Shown: piece by piece, positions 51,230 to 63,250 of the stretch | How the letters are laid out: each line of letters begins with the position of its first letter | Numbering within the stretch: position 1 is the first letter of the stretch | Source of the DNA: Eledone cirrhosa | Taxonomy: Eukaryota | Direction of reading: 5' to 3' | Assembly (NCBI GenBank): GCA_964016885.1 | Contig: OZ024748.1 | Span: 41,354,001 to 41,418,000, forward strand | DNA: 64,000 nt | Translations under genes and position numbers: made by a program | Notes under the pieces: model-generated | Told to the model about the DNA's origin: nothing | The model's input: the letters and a program-made list of their open reading frames with translations, nothing else | The model's database searches: none

Positions 51230-54200
51230 CACCACTTTCACAAACACCACCAACACCACCACTGTCACCAACACCACCACTGTCACAAACACCACCAACA
51301 CCACCACTGTCACCAACACCACCATTGTCACCAACACCACCAACACCACCACTGTCACCAACACCACCACTGTCACAAACACCACCAACACCACCACTGT
51401 CACCAACACCATCACTGTCACCAACACCACCACTGTCACCAACACCACCAACACCACCACTGTCACCAACACCACCACTGTCACAAACACCACCAACACC
51501 ACCACTGTCACCAACACCACCACTGTCACCAACACCACCACTGTCACCACCAGCACCACTGTCACCAACACCACCACTGTCACCAACACCACCAACACCA
51601 CCACTGTCACCAACACCACCACTGTCACAAACACCACCAACACCACCACTGTCACAAACACCACCAACACCACCACTGTCACCAACACCACCACTGTCAC
51701 AAACACCACCAACACCACCACTGTCACAAACACCACCAACACCACCACTGTCACCAACACCACCACTGTCACCAACACCACCACTCTCACCAACACTACC
51801 ACTGTCACCACCACCACCACTGTCTCCAACACCACCACTGTCACCACCACCACCACTGTCTCCAACACCACCACTGTCACCACCACTGTCTCCAACACCA
51901 CCACCGTCACCAACACCACCACTGTCACCAACACCACCACTGTCACCAACACCACCAGTGTCACCAACACCACCACTGTCACCAACACCACCACTGTCAC
52001 CAACACCACCACTGTCACCAACACCACCACTGTCACCAACACCACCACTGTCACCAACACCACCACTGTCACCACCACTGTCACCAACACTACCACTGTC
52101 ACCACCACCACCACTGTCACCAACACTACCACTGTCACCACCACCACCACTGTCACAAACACCACCACTGTCACCAACACCACCACTGTCACCAACACCA
52201 CCACTGTCACCACCACCACTACTGTCACCACCACTGTCTCCAACACCACCACTGTCACCAACACCACCACTGTCACCACCACTGTCTCCAACACCACCAC
52301 TGTCACCAACACCACAACTGTCATCACCACTGTCACCACCACCACCACTGTCTCCAACACCACCACTGTCACCAACACCACCACTGTCACCACCATTGTC
52401 ACCAACACTACCACTGTCTCCAACACCACCACTGTCACCAACACCACCACTGTCACCACCACTGTCACCACCACTGTCACCACCACCACCACTGTCTCCA
52501 ACACCACCACTGTCTCCAACACCACCACTGTCACCAACACCACCACTGTCACCAACACCACCACTGTCACCAACACCACCACTGTCACCAACACCACCAC
52601 TGTCACCAACACCACCACTGTCACCAACACCACCACTGTCTCCAACACCACCACTGTCACCAACACCACCACTGTCACCAACACCACCACTGTCACCAAC
52701 ACCACCACTGTCACCAACACCACCACTTTCACAAACACCACCAACACCACCACTGTCACCAACACCACCACTGTCACAAACACCACCAACACCACCACTG
52801 TCACCAACACCACCACTGTCACCAACACCACCATTGTCACCAACACCACCAACACCACCACTGTCACCAACACCACCACTGTCACAAACACCACCAACAC
52901 CACCACTGTCACCAACACCATCACTGTCACCAACACCACCACTGTCACCAACACCACCAACACCACCACTGTCACCAACACCACCACTGTCACAAACACC
53001 ACCAACACCACCACTGTCACCAACACCACCACTGTCACCAACACCATCACTGTCACCACCAGCACCACTGTCACCAACACCACCACTGTCACCAACACCA
53101 CCAACACCACCACTGTCACCAACACTACCACTGTCACAAACACCACCAACACCACCACTGTCACAAACACCACCAACACCACCACTGTCACCAACACCAC
53201 CACTGTCACAAACACCACCAACACCACCACTGTCACCAACACCACCAACACCACCACTGTCACCAAAACCACCACTGTCACAAACACCACCAACACCACC
53301 ACTGTCACCAACAACACCACTGTCACCAACACCACCACTCTCACCAACACTACCACTGTCACCACCACCACCACTGTCTCCAACACCACCACTGTCACCA
53401 ACACCACCACTGTCACCAACACCACCACTGTCACCACCACTGTCACCATCACCACCAACACCATCCACACCACCACTGTCACCAACACCATCAACACCAC
53501 CACTGTCACCAACACCATCCACACCACCACTGTCACCAACATCACCACTGTCACCAACACCACCACTGTCACCATCACCACCAACACCATCCACACCACC
53601 ACTGTCACCAACACCACCACTGTCACCAACACCACCACTGTCACCATCACCACCAACACCATCCACACCACCACTGTCACCAACATCACCACTGTCATCA
53701 ACACCACCAACACCACCACTGTCACCATCACCACCAACACCACCACTGTCACCAACACCACCACTGTCACCATCACCACCAACACCATCAACACTACCAC
53801 TGTCACCATCACCACCAACACCATCCACACCACCACTGTCACCAATACCACCAACACCACCACTGTCACCATCACCACCAACACCATCCACACCACCACT
53901 GTCACCAACACCACCAACACCACCACTGTCACCAACATCACCACTGTCACCAACACCACCAACACCACCACTGTCACCATCACCACCAACACCATCAACA
54001 CCACCACTGTCACCAACACCACCACTGTCACCAACACCACCACTGTCACCAACACCACCACTGTCACCAACACCACCACTGTCACCAACACCACCACTGT
54101 CTCCAACACCACCACTGTCACCAACACCACCACTGTCACCAACACTACCACTGTCTCCAACACCACCACTGTCACCAACACTACCACTGTCACCACCACC

Positions 54201-57200
54201 ACCACTGTCTCCAACACCACCACTGTCACCAACACCACCACTGTCACCAACACCACCACTGTCACCAAAAGCACCACTGTCACCAACACCACCACTGTCA
54301 ACAACACCACCACTGTCACCAACACCACCACTGTCACCAACACTACCACTGTCACCACCACCACTGTCTCCAACACCACCACTGTCACCAACACCACCAC
54401 TGTCATCAACACCACCACTGTCACCAACACCACCACTGTCACCAACACCACCACTGTCACCAACACCACCACTGTCACCAACACCACCACTGTCACCAAC
54501 ACCACCACTGTCACCAACACCACCACTGTCACCAACACCACCACTGTCACCAACACCAACACTGTCACCAACACCACCACTGTCACCAACACCACCACTG
54601 TCACCAACACCACCACTGTCACCAACACCACCACTGTCACCAACACCACCACTGTCAACAACACCACCACTGTCACCACCACTGTCACCAACACCACCAC
54701 TGTCACCAACACCACCACTGTCACCAACACCACCACTGTCACCAACACCACCACTGTCACCAACACCACCACTGTCACCAACACCACCACTGTCACAAAC
54801 ACCACCACTGTCACCAACACCAACACTGTCACCAACACCACCACTGTCACCAACACCACCACTGTCACCAACATAACCACTGTCACCAACACCACCACTG
54901 TCACCAACACCACCACTGTCACCAAAACCAACACTGTCACAACCACCACCACTGTGTCCAACACCACCACTGTCACCAACACCACCACTGTCACCACCAC
55001 TGTCACCAACACCACCACTGTCACCAACACCACCACTGTCACCAACACCACCAGTGTCACCAACACCACCACTGTCACCAACACCACCACTGTCACCAAA
55101 ACCACCACTGTCACCAACACTAACACTGTCACCACCACCACCACTGTCTCCAACACCACCAGTCTCCAACACCACCACTGTCACCAACACCACCACTGTC
55201 ACCAACACCACCACTGTCACCAACACCAACACTGTCACCACCACTGTCACCAACACCACCACTGTCACCAACACCAACACTGTCACCACCACCACCACTG
55301 TCTCCAACACCACCACTGTCACCAACACCACCACTGTCACCAACACCACCACTGTCACCAACACCACCACTGTCACCAACACCACCACTGTCACCTCCAC
55401 CACCACTGTCTGCAACACCACCACTGTCACCACCACTGTCACCAACACCACCACTGTCACCACCACTGTCACCAACACCACCACTGTCACCAACACCACC
55501 ATTGTCACCAACACCACCAACACCACCACTGTCACCACACCACCACTGTCACAAACACCACCAACACCACCACTGTCACCAACACCACCACTGTCACCAA
55601 CACCACCACTGTCACCACCACTGTCACCATCACCACCAACACCATCCACACCACCACTGTCACCAACACCATCAACACCACCACTGTCACCAACACCATC
55701 CACACCACCACTGTCACCAACATCACCACTGTCACCAACACCACCACTGTCACCATCACCACCAACACCATCCACACCACCACTGTCACCAACACCACCA
55801 CTGTCACCAACACCACCACTGTCACCATCACCACCAACACCATCCACACCACCACTGTCACCAACATCACCACTGTCACCAACACCACCAACACCACCAC
55901 TGTCACCATCACCACCAACACCACCACTGTCACCAACACCACCACTGTCACCATCACCACCAACACCATCAACACCACCACTGTCACCATTACCACCAAC
56001 ACCATCCACACCACCACTGTCACCAACACCACCAACACCACCACTGTCACCAACATCACCACTTTCACCAATACCACCAACACCACCACTGTCACCAACA
56101 ACACCACTGTCACAAACACAACCAACACCACCACTGTCACCAACACCACCACTGTCACCAACACCACCATTGTCACCAACACCACCAACACCACCACTGT
56201 CACCACACCACCACTGTCACAAACACCACCAACACCACCACTGTCACCAACACCACCACTGTCACCAACACCACCACTGTCACCAACACCACTACTGTCA
56301 CCAACACCACCAACACCACCACTGTCACCAACACCACCACTGTCACAAACACCACCACTGTCACCAACACCACCACTGTCACCAACACCACCACTGTCAC
56401 CAACACCACCACTGTCACCAACACCACCACTGTCACAAACACCACCAACACCACCACTGTCACCAATACCACCACTGTCACCAACACCACCAACACCACC
56501 ACTGTCACCAACACCACCAACACCACCACTGTCACCAACACCACCACTGTCTCCAACACCACCACTGTCACCAACACCACCACTGTCACCAACACCACCA
56601 CTGTCACCAACACCACCACTGTCACCAACACCACCACTGTCACCAAAACCACCACTGTCACCAACACTAACACTGTCACCACCACCACCACTGTCTCCAA
56701 CACCACCAGTCTCCAACACCACCACTGTCACCAACACCACCACTGTCACCAACACCACCACTGTCACCAACACCAACACTGTCACCACCACTGTCACCAA
56801 CACCACCACTGTCACCAACACCAACACTGTCACCACCACCACCACTGTCTCCAACACCACCACTGTCACCAACACCACCACTGTCACCAACACCACCACT
56901 GTCACCAACACCACCACTGTCACCAACACCACCACTGTCACCTCCACCACCACTGTCTGCAACACCACCACTGTCACCACCACTGTCACCAACACCACCA
57001 CTGTCACCACCACTGTCACCAACACCACCACTGTCACCAACACCACCACTGTCACCACCACCACCACTATCACCACCACTGTCACCAACACCACCACTGT
57101 CACCACCACTGTCACCAACACCACCACTGTCACCAACATCACCACTGTCACCACCACCACCACTGTCTCCAACACCACCACTGTCACCACCACTGTCTCC

Positions 57201-60200
57201 AACACCACCACCATCACCAACACCACCACTGTCACCACCACTGTCACCAACACCACCACTGTCACCAACACCACCACTGTCACCAACACCACCAGTGTCA
57301 CCAACACCACCACTGTCACCAACACCACCACTGTCACCAACACCACCACTGTCACCAACACCACCACTGTCACCAACACCACCACTGTCACCAACACCAC
57401 CACTGTCACCACCACTACCACTGTCACCACCACCACCACTGTCACCAACACTACCACTGTCACCACCACCACCACTGTCACCAACACCCCCACTGTCACC
57501 AACACCACCACTGTCACCAACACCACCACTGTCACCACCACCACCACTGTCACCACCACTGTCTCCAACACCACCACTGTCACCAACACCACCACTGTCA
57601 CCACCACTGTCTCCAACACCACCACTGTCACCAACACCACCACTGTCATCACCACTGTCACCACCACCACCACTGTCTCCAACACCACCACTGTCACCAA
57701 CACCACCACTGTCACCACCATTGTCACCAACACTACCACTGTCTCCAACACCACCACTGTCACCAACACCACCACTGTCACCACCACTGTCACCACCACT
57801 GTCACCACCACTGTCACCACCACCACCACTGTCTCCAACACCACCACTGTCTCCAACACCACCACTGTCACCAACACCACCACTGTCACCAACACCACCA
57901 CTGTCACCAACACCACCACTGTCACCAACACCACCACTGTCACCAACACCACCACTGTCACCAACACCACCACTGTCTCCAACACCACCACTGTCACCAA
58001 CACCACCACTGTCACCAACACCACCACTGTCACCAACACCACCACTTTCACAAACACCACCAACACCACCACTGTCACCAACACCACCACTGTCACAAAC
58101 ACCACCAACACCACCACTGTCACCAACACCACCACTGTCACCAACACCACCATTGTCACCAACACCACCAACACCACCACTGTCACCAACACCACCACTG
58201 TCACCAACACCACCACTGTCACCAACACCACCACTGTCACCAACACCACCACTTTCACAAACACCACCAACACCACCACTGTCACCAACACCACCACTGT
58301 CACAAACACCACCAACACCACCACTGTCACCAACACCATCACTGTCACCAACACCACCACTGTCACCAACACCACCAACACCACCACTGTCACCAACAGC
58401 ACCACTGTCACAAACACCACCAACACCACCACTGTCACCAACACCACCACTGTCACCAACACCACCACTGTCACCACCAGCACCACTGTCACCAACACCA
58501 CCACTGTCACCAACACCACCACTGTCACAAACACCACCAACACCACCACTGTCACAAACACCACCAACACCACCACTGTCACCAACACCACCAACACCAC
58601 CACTGTCACCAAAACCACCACTGTCACAAACACCACCAACACCACCACTGTCACCAACACCACCACTGTCACCAACACCACCACTCTCACCAACACTACC
58701 ACTGTCACCACCACCACCACTGTCTCCAACACCACCACTGTCACCAACACCACCACTGTCACCAACACCACCACTGTCACCACCACTGTCACCATCACCA
58801 CCAACACCATCCACACCACCACTGTCACCAACACCATCAACACCACCACTGTCACCAACACCATCCACACCACCACTGTCACCAACATCACCACTGTCAC
58901 CAACACCACCACTGTCACCATCACCACCAACACCATCCACACCACCACTGTCACCAACACCACCACTGTCACCAACACCACCACTGTCACCATCACCACC
59001 AACACCATCCACACCACCACTGTCACCAACATCACCACTGTCACCAACACCACCAACACCACCACTGTCACCATCACCACCAACACCACCACTGTCACCA
59101 ACACCACCACTGTCACCATCACCACCAACACCATCAACACCACCACTGTCACCATTACCACCAACACCATCCACACCACCACTGTCACCAACACCACCAA
59201 CACCACCACTGTCACCAACATCACCACTGTCACCAATACCACCAACACCACCACTGTCACCAACAACACCACTGTCACAAACACAACCAACACCACCACT
59301 GTCACCAACACCACCACTGTCACCAACACCACCATTGTCACCAACACCACCAACACCACCACTGTCACCACACCACCACTGTCACAAACACCACCAACAC
59401 CACCACTGTCACCAACACCACCACTGTCACCAACACCACTACTGTCACCAACACCACCAACACCACCACTGTCACCAACACCACCACTGTCACAAACACC
59501 ACCACTGTCACCAACACCACCACTGTCACCAACACCACCACTGTCACCACCACTGTCACCAACACCACCACTGTCATCAACACCACCACTGTCACAAACA
59601 CCACCAACACCACCACTGTCACCAATACCACCACTGTCACCAACACCACCAACACCACCACTGTCACCAACACCACCAACACCACCACTGTCACCAACAC
59701 CACCACTGTCTCCAACACCACCACTGTCACCAACACCACCACTGTCACCAACACCACCACTGTCACCAACACCACCACTGTCACCAACACCACCACTGTC
59801 ACCAACACCACCACTGTCACCAACACCACCACTGTCACCACCACTGCCACCAACACCACCACTGTCTCCAACACCACCACTGTCACCAACACCACCACTG
59901 TCACCAACACCACCACTGTCACCAACACCATCCACACCACCACTGTCACCAACATCACCACTGTCACCAACACCACCAACACCACCACTGTCACCATCAC
60001 CACCAACACCACCACTGTCACCATCACCACCAACACCATCCACACCACCACTGTCACCAATACCACCAACACCACCACTGTCACCATCACCACCAACACC
60101 ATCAACACCAGCACTGTCACCAACACCACCAACACCACCACTGTCACCAACACCACCAACACCACCACTGTCACCAACACCACCACTGTCACCATCAACA

Positions 60201-60400
60201 CCAACACCATCCACACCACCACTGTCACCAACACCACCAACACCAACACCACCAACACCACCACTGTCACCAACACCACCAACACCACCACTGTCACCAA
60301 CATCACCACTGTCACCAATACCACCAACACCACCACTGTCACCAACACCACCAACACCACCACTGTCACCAACATCACCACTGTCACCAACACCACCACA
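51230..60400. repeat. Divergent subdomain of the array with 27-bp (GTCACAAACACCACCAACACCACCACT) and 36-bp (GTCACCATCACCACCAACACCATCCACACCACCACT) units, in 1.5-5-kb duplicated modules
   Basis: 27-bp units first appear at ~51236 and ATCCAC-containing units at ~53445; I saw neither in the first 51 kb. Modules recur at 51236/52728/58026 and ~53445/55623/58788. Confidence 0.9.
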
Positions 60401-61688
60401 CCACCACTCCTTCACCACCACTGTCACCAACACCACCAACACCATCACCACCACTGTCACCAACACCATCAACACCACTTCACACACCACCACCATCAAC
60501 ACCACCACTGTCACCAACACCACCACCACCAACACCACCACACCACCACTCACCAACACCACCACTGTCACCAACACCACCAACACCACCACTGTCACCA
60601 ACACCACCAACACCATCAACACCACCACTGTCACCAACACCACCACTGTCACCATCATCATCAACACCATCACCATCACCACCATCACTACCACCACCAC
60701 CTCCATCATCACTGTCACCACCACCGCCATATCCACCATACCACGACCACCATACTACCACCACCACCACCACCTCTACCACCACCACCACCACCACCAC
60801 CACCACCACCACCTCTACCACCACCACCACCACCACCACCACCACCACCACCACCTCTACCACCACCTCTACCACCACCACCACCACCTCTACCACCACC
60901 ACCACCACCACCACCACCACCTCTACCACCACCACCGCCACCACCACCTCTACCACCACCACCACCACCACCACCACCACCATCATCACTGTCACCACCA
61001 CCACTAACACCACCACCACTATCATCACGACCACTAACACCACCACCACCACCACCATCATCACTGTCACCACAACCACTACCACCACCACAACCACCAC
61101 CACCACCACCACCACCACCATACCACCACCACCATACCACCACCACCACCTCCACCTCTACCACCACCACCACCACCTCTACCACCACCACCACCACCTC
61201 TACCACCACCACCACCACCACCACCACCATACCACCACCACCACCACCACCTCTACCACCACCACCACCACCACCACCACCACCAACATCATCACTGTCA
61301 CCACCACCACTAACACCACCACCACCACTATCATCACCACCACTAACACCACCACCACCACCATCACTGCCACCACCACCACCACCACCACCACCATACC
61401 ACCACCACCACCACCACCACCTCCACCACCACCACCTCTACCACCACCACCACCACCACCTCTACCACCACCACCACCACCACCACCATCATCACTGTCA
61501 CCACCACCACTAACACCACCACCACTATCATCACCACCACTAACACCACCACCACCATCACTGTCACCACAACCACCACCACCACCACCATACCACCACC
61601 ACCACCACCACCACCACCACCACCACCACCACCACCACCACCCCTACCACCACCACCACCACCATACCACCACCACCACCACCACTGT
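60400..61688. repeat. Degenerate (ACC)n trinucleotide microsatellite forming the right end of the array
   Basis: Long ACC runs interrupted by TCT, ATA and ATC triplets. The cassette ATCATCACTGTCACCACCACCACTAACACC (ACC count varies) recurs at ~60982, ~61288 and ~61488. There is an abrupt switch to AT-rich DNA after ACCACTGT at 61688. Confidence 0.95.
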
Positions 61689-61829
61689 TATTATTTCTTA
61701 TAAGAATTCAAACCAGAATGTCAAGATAGAATCTAGAGTTGTTATATTGAAATATCAACTTTCTTCTGCTTCTTTCAATAAATTCTATTGTTTTTTCAAT
61801 TTAGACTTAAATTATCTTTTATTCTGTCA

Positions 61830-61862
<33 letters not shown>

Positions 61863-61868
61863 TGTGTG

Positions 61869-61904
<36 letters not shown>

Positions 61905-62204
61905 TGTGTGTGTATATATATATATATATATATACACACACCTGTGTGTGTGTGTGTATGTATGTGTGTGTATCGAGAGAGAGTGATACATAAAGATATA
62001 TATATATACACACACATGTGTGTGTGTATATATATATATATATACACACACACATGTGTGTGTGTGTATGTGTGTGTGTATCGAGAGAGAGTGATACATA
62101 TATATATACATACACACACACACACATGTGTGTGTGTGTATGTATGTGTGTGTATCGAGAGAGAGTGATACATATATATATATATACACACACATGTGTG
62201 TGTG

Positions 62205-62236
<32 letters not shown>

Positions 62237-62405
62237 TGTGTGTGTTTGTATGTGTGAGTGATACATATATATATATATATATATACAAACACATATATAG
62301 ATGTGCGTGGTTGTGTGCGTGTGTGTGAATCTGTGCATGTGTATGTGTATATGTGTGTGTATGCATGAGTATGTGTATGTGTGTATATGTGTGTATGTAT
62401 GTGTA
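61830..62405. repeat. Compound (TA)n/(CA)n/(TG)n microsatellite with higher-order palindromic units
   Basis: Repeated (TA)n(CA)nCATG(TG)n blocks. The spacer TATCGAGAGAGAGTGATACAT is at 61971, 62079 and 62153, with a partial copy at ~62256. A degenerate TG/TATG tail runs to ~62405. Confidence 0.97.
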
Positions 62406-62454
62406 TTGTTATATTTGGTCGACATTATATTATTGAAGTGTTAAAAAATGGCCA

Positions 62455-62672
62455 ACATTGGATTGACAGAATCACGAGAGGAACAATCAACATGACCCGT
62501 GGTACTTAATGTAACTTTTCACGTTCTGAGTTCAAATCACAGCCAGGTTCAGTTTGTCTTTCATACTTACTGGCTCCCATAGAATAAATGACAGCCAACT
62601 AACTCCTGGGGCTAATATAATCAACTATATTTAGCCCCTAAATTTGATACATTTTACCTAAATTAGACATCA
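62455..62672 (+). mobile_element. Decayed tRNA-derived SINE, resembling octopus/cephalopod SINE families
   Basis: A-box-like TGACAGAAT at ~62464 and a B-box match GTTCAAATC at 62530-62538. The downstream AGGTTCAGTTTGTCTTTCAT...CTGGGGCTAATATAATCAACT...CCTAAATTAGA follows the motif order I recall for octopus SINEs. This is from memory, not a database search. Confidence 0.6.
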
Positions 62673-63115
62673 ACTCTACTTAAGGTAAACCCTTCAGTTT
62701 GTACCTAAATCAGACATCTACTTTATTTAAGGTAAACCCTTCAGTTTGTACCTAAATCAGATCTACTTTACTTAAGGTAAACCCTTCAGTTTGTACCTAA
62801 ATTAGATCAACTTTACTTAAGGTAAACCCTTCAGTTTGTACCTAAATCAAATCTACTTTACTTAAGGTAAACCCTTCAGTTTGTACCTAAATTAGATCAA
62901 CTTTACTTAAGGTAAACCTTTCAGTTTGTACCTAAATCAGATCTACTTTACTTAAGGTAAACCCTTAAGTTTGTATCTAAATTAGAACAACTTTACTTAA
63001 GGTAAACCCTTAAGTTTGTACCTAAATCAGATCTACTTTACTTAAGGTAAACCCTTAAGTTTGTACCTAAATTAGACATCTACTTTACTTAAGGTAAACC
63101 CTCCAGTTTGTACCT
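62655..63115. repeat. 45-bp minisatellite, ~10 copies (TTAAGGTAAACCCTTCAGTTTGTACCTAAATYAGATCWACTTTAC), with alternating A/B monomers
   Basis: GGTAAACC cores at 62684, 62731, 62776, 62821, 62866, 62911, 62956, 63001, 63046 and 63093 (45-bp period, 47 bp at both ends). Confidence 0.97.
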
Positions 63116-63250
63116 TGACTTCCTGTCCTGGTCAGCTTTGCACTGTGATTATTTTTACCTGCAGTTGTCTCGACTTGTGTCATTTTTAATCTAATTGTGT
63201 GTCAAATTTATATTTGTGTGTCAAATTCTAAATGTGTTTATGATGGTTAG

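Larger units (their letters stand above)
1..60400. repeat. Large tandem minisatellite/satellite array, 18-bp consensus GTCACCAACACCACCACT, roughly 3,500 units, truncated by the window start
   Basis: The unit is directly visible throughout. Common variants are the 12-bp GTCACCACCACT, GTCTCCAAC..., ...AACACTACCACT, GTCACCACCACCACCACT and GTGACC.... The + strand is C/A-rich with about one G per unit. Unit count is estimated from length. Confidence 0.98.

Noticed and set aside
1-61688. Telomeric repeat or Chi-site array
   Set aside because: There is no TTAGGG-type unit. Exact Chi (CCACCAGC on +) occurs only in rare variants, e.g. near 42756, and is irrelevant outside RecBCD bacteria.
61681-61830. 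Splice site or unique C-terminus at the array boundary (…TTTVIISYKNSNQ…), and the palindrome TTCTTATAAGAA at 61695-61706
   Set aside because: The + strand GTTATT is a poor donor. The - strand AACAG lacks a polypyrimidine tract. The peptide runs into the microsatellite, and a 12-bp AT-rich palindrome is expected by chance.
309-61986. All giant ORFs in the track as annotated CDS (extensin-like Pro, His/Cys-rich, poly-Val, Gly-Asp-Ser-rich, Thr-rich)
   Set aside because: They overlap in five frames, many use GTG/TTG pseudo-starts, they switch composition at indels, and they contain no unique domain. The stop-free repeat unit explains them. Only the Thr frame is kept as a hypothesis.
61788-62425. 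Short YI/HT/CV-rich ORFs on both strands
   Set aside because: They are translations of dinucleotide microsatellites.
62655-63115. CRISPR array
   Set aside because: The sequence between the palindromic cores is repeated rather than unique, there are no cas genes, and the context is eukaryotic.
63195-63227. 14-bp direct repeat TTGTGTGTCAAATT at 63195 and 63214
   Set aside because: It is a small local duplication with no insert between the copies, so it is not a target-site duplication.
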